A model generated the notes under the pieces. The model saw only the letters and a list, made by a program, of their open reading frames with translations, did not search any database and had not been told where the DNA came from. A program made the translations under genes and the position numbers. 64,000 nt of DNA. Origin: Podarcis gaigeae (taxonomy: Eukaryota). The stretch is from NCBI GenBank assembly GCA_964106915.2, contig OZ066916.1; one strand, given 5' to 3'. How positions within the stretch are numbered: the first letter of the stretch is position 1; each line of letters starts with the position of its first letter. Shown here piece by piece: positions 37,673-50,400 of the stretch.

Positions 37673-39989
37673 TCCTTTTAGTAGATGTAGATAAAATGGC
37701 ACCAATGGAGACTCTAACTTCAGGGCTGGAATGAATTAACAGAAGAGTTGCATCAGAAGGTCATAGGGAAAGAATGAAGCATCCCTCCCCTCTAACAACA
37801 TCTTCACTCCAAATTGCCCTCTCCTGAAATGGCTTTTCTCTAACAAAAGCAGCTGTTTGGGTTTTGTGGTATGTATGTGTTTTCACTGTTTAGTTCCTCA
37901 ATAAAACCACCAAAAAAGAGCAAAACTTTGAGATAACAGAACTTATGTGGAATGGCAAATATAGAAAGAGCTCCTTTTTTTGTTGTTCCATAGGCTGTCG
38001 TATCGGAAAGCTTGTATCCAAACTTTTTATGTAATACATGATATTATCTATCACAATAGAAATGTGCTTCTGAAAATGGCGATTAAATTAATGTTGGTGA
38101 TATGCTTTGTAAAAGCAATTGTCATAATGTCATGATTAAAATCTTTAATTTCCCATTAGACATATTCTCAGGAAAAGAAACAGGAAATTGTTGTCTGTGA
38201 TAAGTATACACAAAATGCTCCTTTGTATTTCCGTATTGAGGAACGCATTCTTAAAACCACAGTACAGAATGGGATGATATTTGAGTCATTTTCATTTGTT
38301 GTGACATAATATATTACAATTCTTAGAATAATTTGTGGCACAAGGGTGAACTATGCATTTATTTTCAGCAGTAGGAAGAATGGATTAAGCTTAAGTGGGA
38401 CAATTCCTACATATGGCACTTACAGATTAATGTGACTTCTGATATCACATTTCTGTATAACTCTAGTAAATTTGATCATAGAGATATATTGAACTAGATA
38501 ATTTTTCAAAAGTGTTTTGGTGTGTGTGTTTTTAGAGCAGCAGCCTTCTATTCCAATACAGTACATTTTGGTTTTTCATGTTAATTCCCTGTTCCAATCA
38601 GGTAGCATAAGTAAACATCACTTGCTGGATGAGAAAACACACATTCAGATAGGTGCTGTGCTTATAAGTGCTGCCTGGATCCAGCGCTGAGACTGTGATT
38701 GCTCTCTTCAAAATCCTTGAAGGTAGGAAGAAGTCCTCTTCTTGGACTTAGTTCCTCCTTCTTCTAAAAAACAGCCGAGTAGCATAATTATGAGGTGTCT
38801 GACTGAGCTGAATGCTAGCAGCCATGACAGCTTTAAGCATACATATTTGAATCAGGGCCCACAGCTTCCCCTTTTGAAATGATCCAGTTTGTATGTGCAA
38901 GAGCCATTTTTGTACATCCGAGCATCCTTGGATTCCTGAACATGAGCATGAAAGTCACATTTTTTCACTGCTTTGACCATTGAGTTTCCACATGCGCTGG
39001 CTTGTTTAATCAAGTAAAATTGCCCTGTCCTTGTCACCAGAGACCCATCTTCCTGATCTTTCCTACTCTAATCTCACTAGTGCTTTCTGTTCATTGATAC
39101 TGAAAGCTCCTCTTTCATGTTCCACTTCAATAATCTTTTAAACCTGTACTCTGACATTGACATGATTATTTTATATTTGTCAATTACAATTCCACTATAA
39201 TTTTATATAATGTGCCTGTCTGTTGTGGGACATCTCTAATGGCAAAAACCCTCTTGTTGAGCAGTAGTAGGCCTCAGAATGACTCTCTCTGTATAGTCTA
39301 GAGGTCTTTAGATTGTGTATATAAAAAGGAAGCTAAAGCCCCCCTCCCCGCAAGTTTGTGTGTTAACCACAACTGTAGGGAAGTACAAGAACCTTATTTA
39401 CTGCACAATCCTACCAAGAAATAATTATCATTAAGTTCAATGGGAAATTTCCCCAGGTAACTGTATGTATGTCCCAAGACAGATTCATATATAGGCTTGC
39501 AGATTTCGTAGATTAAAGTGTGGTTTTTTAGAATGAAATTTGGATTCTTGAGTAAAAATAGATTTTATATCTTGCATTTCTTAGGACTATGGACCAACAG
39601 GTTTTGATTGATCAGTGCTATTCTTGGGAATGGGATTCTGTTACATAGTAGATAGAGATTCAGAAATTCATTTTCAGCAGTTTTTTGAAAAAAGGTATTT
39701 TCTTATATTAAGTTCAGGGTTTACCCAGGGTATAAATGTCTTAGGCTAGTTGTACTTGAAAGAAACTGACTTTACCTCCAGAAAAATATTCAAGATGTAG
39801 TACAACCTCAAGGGGCAAAATATCATGTTGCTGTATTTAACTGCCTCCTCCTCCATTCCTGAAACCTTTCTATATTGCATGGGGAGGATAGGTTTGTTTG
39901 TTTTTGAACTTTATAGCATACTGCTCCCTGACAATAAACCTCTCTCTAGGACAGCCTCAGTAGTTAGGGATCTGGCATTCTCCTGCCCC

Positions 39990-40771
39990 TTGTGGGGGAT
40001 TCCCTGGTCCTGAATGGGGTAACTGTGCCCCTGAAGGACCAGGTGCGCAGCCTGAGAGTCATTTTGGACTCACAGCTGTCAATGGAGGCACAGGTTAATT
40101 CTGTGTCCAGGGCGGCTGTCTACCAGCTCCATCTGGTACGCAGGCTAAGCCCCTACCTGCCCGCGGACTTTCTCGCAAGAGTGGTGCATGCTCTAGTTTT
40201 CTCCCGCTTGGATTACTGCAATGCGCTCTGCGTGGGGCTTCCTTTGAAGGTGACCTGGAAACTGCAATTAATTCAGAATACGGCAGCTAGATTGGTGACT
40301 GGGAATGGCCGCTGGGACCACATAACACCGGTCCTGAGAGATCTGCATTGGCTCCCAGTACGTTTCCGAGCACAATTCAAAGTGTTGGTGCTGACCTTTA
40401 AAGCCCTAAACGGCCTCGGTCCTGTACACCTGAAGGAGCGTCTCCACCCCCATCGTTCAGCCCGGACACTGAGATCCAGTGCCGAGGGCCTTCTGGCGGT
40501 TCCCTCATTGCAAGAAGTGAGGTTACAGGGAACCAGACAGAGGGCCTTCTCGGTAGTGGCGCCCACCCTGTGGAACACCCTCCCTTCAGATGTGAAGGAA
40601 ATAAGCAGCTATCATATCTTTAAAAGACATCTGATGGCAGCCCTGTTCAGGGAAGTTTTTAATATTTAAAGCTGTACTGTTTTTAACATTTGATTGGGAG
40701 CGGCCCAGAGTGGCTGGGGAAACTCAACCAGATGGGCAGGGTATAAATAATAAATTATTATTATTATTATT
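39990..40771 (+). mobile_element. Young L2-clade LINE, 5'-truncated, with an uninterrupted 225-codon ORF2 C-terminus (39992-40669)
   Basis: Peptide with VHALVFSRLDYCNAL, LQLIQNTAARLVTG, HITPVLRDLHWLPV, RAFSVVAPTLWNTLP, all hallmark L2 ORF2 motifs. Followed by a 3' UTR and (ATT)n tail. Confidence 0.93.
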
Positions 40772-41675
40772 TCCCTCAAACTATACCTTCAATATTCCTT
40801 AACTCAACCACACTTAGTGTCCCATAGGCTTCCCCACTCCCCTGTTTCTTTTTAGGCTCCCAGCCACTAATGTCATCCTCCAGGATACGGCATTCTATTC
40901 CTGTTCCCTGCCAGCTTTTTCTCCCCAGCACCCTGTGGGTGTGGGTGGTGCCATTTCGGCTGCATAAGGACCTGCACTCAATGAATTGAGTTTACTATTA
41001 GTAAATGGTGATGACAAGTGAGGACCTGCAACAAATATTGTCCTCAGCCCCCTAACAGAAGTGCAGCTCCTTATGCCTTAACCAGCCTGGATCATGAGCC
41101 ATATAAAATTGTTTGGGGCTCACATATGATATTTTCCCATCTGCTTGTAATATTCTCCTGCTGTGCTGTCCAACTGTAGACCTGGTTTATTGCTATATAG
41201 TTGGTCATATATACTAAGTATAGCATGGGAAGTGCTATTTTTAACTTCATGATGTACATCCCACTTACCACAATGCTCTCCTGTAGGATACTAAGCTGCT
41301 AAGGGCAAAAGCAGGCCAACCCCTCCCTCTCCCTCTTCATCCTTCCCTACCCCTGCATTTCAATTGAGATTTTAAATCTATGACCAAGAGAAGCTGAGCC
41401 ATGGAGTATTCAATTTCTAGACTCATTCAGTCCTTACTGACTTCTTGTTCCTTTAACCCTCAATTCATCCTCTCTGTTCCAGGGTGAAAGTGACAGCTGC
41501 TCATAACAAACCATGGATAAATCTAGGATTATAGCATAGTTGTGACTTGAAAGCTGCATGGGTGGATTTTGGTGATATGGTGCCCCGAGAGAAGACATTT
41601 GGCACTTCCCCCAAATTTTCATAATAATTCCTTTTGGTACAGTTTACCTGTATGAATATAGGTATTACTACTACT

Positions 41676-42026
41676 GGGACATGGGTGACGCTGTGGGTTA
41701 AACCACAGAGCCTAGGACTTGCTGATCAGAAGGTCAGCGGTTCAAATCCCCGTGACGGGGTGAGCTCACGTTGCTTGGTTCCTGCTCCTGCCAACCTAGC
41801 AGTTCGAAAGCATGTCAAAGTGCAAGTAGATAAATAGGTACCGCTCCGGCGGGAAGGTAAATGGTGTTTCTGTGCGCTGCTCTGGTTCGCCAGAAGCAGC
41901 TTAGTCATGCTGGCCACATGACCCAGAAGCTGTACGCTGGCTCCCTTAGCCAGTAAAGTGAGATGAGCGCCGCAACTCCAGAGTCATCCACGACTGGACC
42001 TAATGGTCAGGGGTCCCTTTACCTTT
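41676..42026 (+). mobile_element. Sauria SINE, full length
   Basis: Same head, body and tail as 10915-11266. Flanked by TTACTACTACT on the left and TTACTGCTACT... on the right. Confidence 0.92.
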
Positions 42027-42031
42027 TACTG

Positions 42032-42066
<35 letters not shown>
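42027..42066. repeat. (TAC)n microsatellite at the SINE 3' end
   Basis: Direct reading. Confidence 0.9.
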
Positions 42067-42067
<1 letters not shown>

Positions 42068-42311
42068 TGCACCCCTCTGCAGCACCCTAAATCTGACAGC
42101 TGCATGTCCATTCCTACCCAACTCACAAAACAAAGAACAAAGGCATACATTCCTCTCTTCAGCATTCAGAGTGACCCCAGAGATCCTTCTCCAGACAATG
42201 AGATGAGTTAGTTTAGTCTTTTCTTATCTATCTGCCCACAATAGTCCATAGCAATTTTAATAATGATTGTTGTATTTACTTTCTCCATTGTAGCTCACCC
42301 TAAGGTCTAGG

Positions 42312-42486
42312 CAGTGCTTTTTTTCTGGGGGTATGCAGGGGTACGCATACCCCTAAACATTTTGTGAATCTTTGTATTTTTGTCCATTTACTGTATTTAT
42401 TTTCCCCAATTTGAACTCTAAAATGGTGATTTTCTTGAGTCAAAATGAGAGTACCCCTAAACATTTTTTCTACAAAAAAAGCACTG
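42312..42486. mobile_element. hAT MITE (CAGTGCTTTTT-type TIR)
   Basis: TIRs CAGTGCTTTTTTT / AAAAAAAGCACTG. Perfect 8-bp TSD GGTCTAGG (42304-42311, 42487-42494). Confidence 0.9.
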
Positions 42487-43036
42487 GGTCTAGGGACGAA
42501 GGATGGGGAAATGAATTATAAAAGTAATAAAATTAATAGGTCCTGAATCTCACAGTGTGGTTTTGCAGTTGGGTTCAATATTTGTTTGTTTTTAAATTTA
42601 CAATCTTATGTGTTTCTCCAGGCCTAAGAAGTCCCCTGTGTAGCTAGAAACGACCACTGTAGTTGGGTAGATCCATTTCTCTTCCAAACTCAAGAACTGA
42701 AAATTGCTATTACAAGTAATAATATTTCAATATGTAAGTAGGCTTCTGACAAGCAGAGATAGTTATTGTAAGATAATTTCATTCCCATCATCAGCAATTA
42801 TTATTATGCCAACGTTTCATCTTTGATCCATTTTGAAAGAGCGGGGAGCTAAAGACAAGACATTGCAAATGTGGGCATCTAATGCTATGGCTGCTGTGTT
42901 AAATCACATGGAATTGAAGTTGGAGAAGGAATTAAACTGATTACTCTGCTCATAAAACAGTAGTTGCATTAATACAACAAATATTTTATTATAGAAATTA
43001 TGGTAAAATAATGGCTGATTTTCTGTGTCATTGTAT

Positions 43037-43061
43037 ACACACACACACACACACACACACA
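43037..43061. repeat. (CA)n microsatellite
   Basis: Direct reading. Confidence 0.9.
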
Positions 43062-46000
43062 ATTATGAAAGGTGCATCAGATATTACACACTTTTAAAAC
43101 ACCTGCAGCTCTCCAATTATAATTTTCCCTCTTTGCACCACTCTTTTAATCTCTCCTTTTTCTTTGCATGTAAAGGCTGAAAATGCAGCATGTTTAAATT
43201 GTGCCAGTAGTTAAAAATAGAAATTGGTTACATCAAACAATTCTCAGCTGCTGCTTTAAGCAATAAAAAAGTGATTTATAACTTGTTAACCTGGATCTCA
43301 TGGATATCCTTTCAGTAATAATGTGTGTAGACTGTTTACTGTCTAAATCAGACTTGTCAGAGAAATACTCTAGTGATTTTTTAACGTCAGACTGAAGGGA
43401 AGCATTCTGCTATGTTGTCTGATTATGCAGTCCAGAATGGCTGTTTCCCTTCGTATAGCTGCATATTGAATAGGAGTAACAAAGCTTACACTCTTCAGAG
43501 CTTTTATGAACATTTTATATCATGCCTGTGATTGTTGCTTATATCAACATACCTCAGGTATCTTGATGGGATATTATAGGGGTTATTTCTTCTCCCAAAG
43601 CTACTGTGGTGGTTTTTTTTAAGTACTTTATGATATTCTTTTTGCATTTCTTGCACTCCCCCAAAAATTGCCCTATGATTTTGTTATATTGTGAAGTGCT
43701 GCTATACAGTACTTTGATCAACTGTTGGTATTTTTGTGTGAATGTAAACAGCAACAATAAACAACTTAACAGTGGCACAAAATTTTATGGCACTGAATAA
43801 AAGTCATAAAACCCTATTAAAGAGACTCCAGTAAATGTCAGAGAATTGGCAGACTTTTTAGAAGAAAATTACTGGGCACAATTGCTCAGATATCCAACTA
43901 AATTGGAAGATTAAAATGTATATTACTTTGAGGAAGAATTGTCATAAACACTTAATGTTAGATGCTTGGAATTAACTTTTCTTGAAATATAAATGAAAAG
44001 TGTTGCCTGCTACCCTATCTAGTTCCAGTGCAAAGTCCCAATCTTCCAGTTCTCGTTAAGCATCCTTTCCTTTGGTTATTGCTGTGCTACTTATCTGTGC
44101 TAAATAGCAGAGCCAAATCCAGAAGTCCATATTCAGAAGTATCATTAAAGGGACTCAAAATAAGGAGGAAATAAATACATCAGGGTTTTGTTCACTGTGA
44201 AATGTGTTACTCACCCCACAGTGAAGATAGAAGAAATGTACACAACATCAAAGACATAACAAGAGATGCACATTACTAAAAATGGCTTAAATGGGGGGGG
44301 GGGGGAGAGAGAGAATTGTTGTCAGTGGGTAAGAATATGCTTTGAAATTGTATTCACTAAGTACATAAAGCTACAGCTGCCAAAATGGGCAGAAAATAGA
44401 ATGCACCAGATGCAAAAGATGAAAAGCTTGCTGTTTCTGCTTTTACTTAAGTCACCTTTCACTCTTAAAATCCAGTGTTATGAGAAAATATTATGTGGTC
44501 TGCTCCTGTGCGTTTGATGCAGTGTGGTGAAGCTGTGCTTGGCACTGCTTGAAGTGGTTCATTATTTCTTGGGTCAGCAGAGGAAAGATGAAGACAGTGG
44601 GAAGGACTGAATACATTAATGCAGCTTGGAAGGACAAACTTCCATGGGCAGGGCAGCAATGTTAGCACCAGACTGGCTGTGCCAGTGCTCCTGCCCCAAT
44701 CCAGTCCTCATAATATTTAGCAATGCTGGTATCTGGAGTGCAGCTCTGCCCTACCATAGTAGCTACTACTAATGCTGACCTTGCATGTGCAGAATCTCAT
44801 TTTACATCAGAGCTTTACAAACTGTTGCAACATATTAGTGTGTCGGCTTCAGTGTGTAGGGTGTCGCACAACACTCTTATAAGGGTTTTGTTTAACCTCC
44901 TGCTTGCTCGTAAAACTGAACTACTGTGTCGCAAAATGAGGCATGTCTAAAAAGTGCGTCACCAACATGAAAAGTTTGGAAAGCTTTGTTTTACATTACA
45001 ATCTAGAGAGTTAAACTTCTTTTGAGGGGCAGGATGACATTTGATCCACAATTTATCTAAGCATTACAAGCAGGATACATTCATATCCTGAACCAGGTAA
45101 TTGCAAAGTTGGTGACAGGCATTTCAAAGTGCAAGAAGCATGACGTAACATGGAAAGGGGCAACATTCCTCTTTTATGAGAATCGGCAAAGTAGGAAGGC
45201 ATGGGTGGACTGGGCTCATCAGACTCTGAGTGTTCAGAAATGGCTTCAGATCTATCTCCAAATGAAATGGAAGATCAGAAACCAACCTCTGCAAGTTCTT
45301 CAGTAGTTTGTTATAAGGAGCAGCTGTTGAGAATAATTCAAACCATAGGAGTTCAAGTCTCTGAGCCTCCAGCAGATGAGAATGACCCAGTTTTCCAGGT
45401 CTGGGCTTCTGGGGGAGCCAGTCACTGAATATCCTGGATAGCAGCATAACATGCCTAAGACAAGCGCATGATTTTTAAAAATAAGCGTTTTATTCTGAGC
45501 CTTTTTTGTTTTTCAGTCATGATTTGTTTTTCTCTTGTTTGAGAGTATTTTGTCAATGATTTGTTGCTGGGATTGATATAAATAATCATTTGTTATTCAT
45601 GAACCTCAGTGTTTAGTGAAGCCTAAAAAAAAAAACACAACAAGCCAATGCATATATTACTTAAGGTGGTGTAACTACACTGCAGTTCATATTGAGATAT
45701 GATTTTGTCATGAACCTCATGTTGGGCTTACAAATTTAAACCTGGTTGTCTGCCCTGATTATATTTTGTATGCCTGATGCAACCAGCTGGCCTGTAATGC
45801 AGGTGTGAGTTAAGATTATTTCTTCCTTCACTGGTTTTGTCACTGCACTTCTAGGCAGTGTTATCATTTCTGAATCTTATTATTCATTAGGGTTTATGCC
45901 TGCAGTTGTAACACACCTGAATCTCCCATTGATTTCTATAAGCTGTTGTATCTTTAGGATCTTTGAGGCCCTTTGATAGCACTTTCAAAATCTGAGCCTG

Positions 46001-46204
46001 GATTTGATTTTAGCATATCACTCTTTTAAGACAAATATGAAAGTAAAGTGGTAATGTTAACAATCTAATAGAAAGTCATTTAAATTATTTATAAACAAAT
46101 GAAAATGACCACCTCCCAGTGGTGCAGCAGTAAAACTGTTAAGCACATTTGCAAAGCTGAGCAGAGTCTGGTCGGGTATGATTTCAAATTGGATGGGGTA
46201 CCAT

Positions 46205-46279
46205 GTGTTGAGATTCTTGCCTTGCAGGGGGTTGGACTAGATGATCCTCAAAGTCCTTTCCAATTCTATGATTCTGTGA
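46205..46279 (+). mobile_element. CR1-type 3' tail (LINE or CR1-dependent SINE)
   Basis: TTGCAGGGGGTTGGACTAGATGATCCTCAAAGTCCTTTCCAATTCTATGATTCTGTGA. Confidence 0.7.
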
Positions 46280-46727
46280 AAGTGAATTTACTTGTATTTT
46301 GGACAGAGACTTTTCCCTAATATAAACAGATATGTATAAGTACTGAGATTTAATAAAAACTTTTAGGAATTATTTTTGCAACATAACAGCAGGGCAAATC
46401 AGTTAGCAAGAGATTTCATCTTTGACTCAAATCTAACAGTGCTGTGATTTTTAAGATAATCTTTTAGGAAAATTTGGGACACACAGAATGTACTGAGGGT
46501 TAATGTGGAGAACCAAATCAAAGGATATGATCAAGAAGGAGGCATAGAAAAGGAGACATGTATTTCTGACAGCAACCACCCAGAACGATCCTTTTTATTA
46601 CTAGAGACATTAAGGGAGTTGCTAAAGGAGTTTCCCATATTCCCCAATTCATGCTTCAGCACACAAAGTTGAGGAAGCGAAACCAATGTGAAGAACATAC
46701 AATACACCATGGGACTTGGAACACCAG

Positions 46728-47056
46728 TAATAATAATAATAATAATTTATTTATACCCGCCCATCTGGCTGAATTTCCCCAGCCACTCTGGGTGGCTTCC
46801 AATCAAGTGTTAAAAACAATATAGCATTAAATATTAAAAACTTTCCTAAACAGGGCTGCCTTCAGATGTCTTTTAAAGAGAAGATAGCTGCTTTTCTCTT
46901 TGACATCTGGTGGGAGGGCGTTCCACAGGGCGGGCGCCACTACCAAGAAGGCCCTCTGTCTGGTTCCCTGTAACCTCACTTCTTGCAATGAGGGAACCGC
47001 CAGAAGGCCCTCGGCACTGGATCTCAGTGTCTGGGCTGAAGGATGGGGGTGGAGAT
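46728..47056 (-). mobile_element. L2-clade LINE 3' fragment
   Basis: Reverse complement of about 40440-40770, with an (AAT)n tail at 46728-46746. Confidence 0.9.
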
Positions 47057-47194
47057 CAGTATGACTCTGATCTTTGTGTGAACTGGAATACCAATGCGTA
47101 GCTCATGATTCTGAGCACCTGCCATGTGGACATCTGCCATGTGTTTTGTGGGCAGCAGAACCAATGACTTCCCCTTTGCATTGTTACTGAAATG

Positions 47195-47438
47195 TAGGCT
47201 TGCCATACTTCAGGAAAACTCCTGACATGTCCTGGTTTTCGGGTGTAAAAATGGCATTGGGGGAATTTTGCCGAATTGGCAAAATATCAGGGAAAACCTA
47301 GATGTACAATGCGATGGAAAAAGCGGTGGAAATAGCTCAGAAAGCTTAAAATCACTATTTTTGGGTTAGGTTTCCTAAGAAAAACTCAACAACTTTGCAG
47401 GCGTCAGGAATTTAACTATTTGAAATATGGCAACCCTA
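47195..47438. mobile_element. hAT MITE (TAGGGTTGCCA-type TIR)
   Basis: TIRs TAGGCTTGCCATA / TATGGCAACCCTA. TSD CTGAAATG / CTGAAACG (7/8). Confidence 0.82.
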
Positions 47439-50400
47439 CTGAAACGGGACTCTATCCTTTGTGCTCCCTAAGAGTTTTTTGCAGGACCAAATCATCTATT
47501 TGTGACTGCCAACAAACCTATTGTGTGAGATTCAGACAACCATGGGAAAAGTCCTGGATTCCAAGTGACAGCACAATGCTTCACCTACAATTTAAAATAA
47601 TAATGAGTGAAAGGGAGGCTCCAGCAATTTCCTGTGCCAGATAAGGCAGACCTATTCTCCTATACTTAGTGAAATGGGAGTGCGAAAAATATCTTGCTTT
47701 GCCATTGTCCATGCTAGTGCTCATGTTTATCTATATTAGCACAATTGTGAATGAGTGTTTTCACCTCTTCCAGTCTTGTAATTGAAGGAAAGGGAAGTCA
47801 TGTTGTGTACATTCATTCATTTCGAAGTCAGAGTGGCTGTGAAATTGGCTTCATTTGGTTTTGGGGAGAAGAATGGAGCCACAGCATAATAATGGAGTAG
47901 GAATGAAATAGTTCATTATAACCTGTTTACACTGTGTGTACTTTATTTTTAAAAATCAGAACTATATAACTTGTTTGTAGTTTGTTTAGATGATAGTTTT
48001 GAAGGGTCCAAAAAAAAATAACTATGCTCCTATATAGCAAATCAGTCTTTCCTTATAATACCGCTTTCTGCAACAGAATCCTTGAAAGTAGTTTGAGCTT
48101 GATGAAATTTTCTTATTTGTTTAAAGTTATCTGGACAAAACTGTAGACTTCCCACACAATTTTCTCTGACAATTTCCACTTGAGTGATAATAATATAGCT
48201 CCATCCCACACTTTTAAAAGTTGAAAGACAAGCAGGGAAGATTTGCAATGAGCTAGACATTTTAAACGCTATTGAAGTGGCAATCCTACATACACTTGCA
48301 AAAGGAGTAAGCCTCATTGAACCCAGTAAGACTTACATTTGAAGAAGTATGCATAAGATTGTATTGCTATTTGTTACATCTGTTTCAGCATTTTAGCTCT
48401 TGTTTTTCAGCTGCTTCATAAGAGCAAAGTTGGAAACTAGATATCAGGTGGTGTGGATAGTGCCTAGGGGCTGAGGATGTTTTCATCAATAGACATAGTT
48501 TTGCATCTGTGCCTGGTGACCAATCAGTCATTATATTTCTGAGGAGAAAAGCATTTCCCTCATTCTTTTTTTCGGTCAGTGGCTCTTGGCTTCTCAGTTT
48601 GCCATTGAAGCTTTTTCTTGCCCTGCTGTAGCTTTTTCAGCAGCCTTCATCAACCTGGCACCCTCCAAATGTTTTGCACTTCAACTTCCAGGGATGCTGG
48701 GACTTGTGGTCCAAAATATCTAGAGCACACCTGTCTGACAAAGGTTCTTATGCAGTGACACACTGCTTCTTCTTCTCTGTAATGGTGGCATGCTACAATT
48801 TGGATGCTACAGGCGGGATTCAACGAAGTTGTTGTTTGCATGGAATGAAGTCCACTTGCACAACAGAACTTTTCTCTTCCTTCCTTCCCCCTAAATCTGC
48901 TCTGGAAGGTTGGGGGGGGGGAAATCCAGAACAGGTTTAAGGGGCACAGGGGTAAAGGAGAGCGTGGAAAAGTGACGTTTCATGAGTGGACCTCATTTTC
49001 CAGGTGCATACCCCACTTAGCGCGTCATTGAATTCCACCCTATGCACTCATTGGCTGTAGTTAAGAACAGATGAGACTGAATGCCTGTGGAATTCCTTTC
49101 AAGCTGTGTGTTTCTGTGATGCCTTAATATTTGACATCATATTTGTGAGGGTGACTCGAAAAGAGTGGAAATGTCGTAGATGGATTGGAATAGGCCCAAA
49201 GCAAATTTGGAGGAAAGAAAATTAGAATGTTGCTAGACATCCTACACAGTAATTTTAGGAAATGGACAGTATTAATTTAATGGAGGCAGGTGAGATTTAT
49301 TTCCTCTTCTATGCCAGCAGTTTTTTATATGCCCTTTTGCTCTCCTGCCACCAGCCTATGTTTTTGTTTGGTTATTAAAACATGGTTAGTTCTTTGAAAG
49401 GCTGTGAGCTTCATGTAATAGAGTTGATACTAAGCATATGACAAAATCTATATTGGTTAACAAAAAAAATGTAATTTAGCAAATGCATCTCTTAATTGTT
49501 TAAATTTGCAGATCTAAGCTTGGAATGTGTGTCACAATTCTGTCCAATGTGCATAAAGAAAGGTTGCTAAATGCAAAAAAAAAATAACAAATATTGAGCT
49601 AAATTTGAGGCCTGAGACCCTGGCCAAAGAGATCTCCTGCTGCTGCCCCCTGCCATTTGGCAGTGATTCCATCCTGCTTCCTCTTCCTATCCCTTGTTCT
49701 AGACTGGATATTTATACTGACTCTGGAGATGAAACTGCAGGTCTGTTGGAGTGTGTTGCTGTGCAGTAGCTCTTAAGGTCTCATGTGTGGCTTTAAGATT
49801 GTGACCATGCAGCTTCCTTTGAGAATCAAACTGTATATGTGGTGATTTCCAAGATGAGGAGACTGGCTTGTATTCATACTCTTCGCCATGAAATATTGCA
49901 GTATTTACCAGAATAATCAAATTCAAGAAAGAACATCTTAAGGAAAGTGCTTAATTTTAGTCTCTCTTGGAATGTAGCAATGCCGCATTGTAATGTGAAC
50001 AATAAAATATGCTGCATTGTATAGAGATTACAGAACTTTACAATCCAAATTGCTGGGCAATTATATCTAAAGTGTCCTGTAAATGTTTTCTTTTTCATAT
50101 TTAAGAACTATTTCTTACCATTTTCCTTTCGTACGCAAATTATTTTGTCTGCTGATTTTTATGAATCTGTTTCTCCTCTTCCCCCTCTTTGTGAGTACTG
50201 TTTGTCTGAAATTCCTGGCACGATGGCATACTTCAGAGCTTTCTCCTTTGCAGAGCCCCACAGAATCTAATTACAATTAAGGCTAATTTAGCCTACACCA
50301 CTAATCCTCTGAGAGATGGAATGTGTCCAAGTTCTTTACTTTTCAGTCCATCCTGACTAAAGGCCAATTCACATGACCCTTGTCCTTGTGACGAGCCTCC

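Noticed and set aside
39992-40669. 225-aa ORF as a host gene
   Set aside because: It is a 5'-truncated L2 ORF2 C-terminus followed by the L2 tail.
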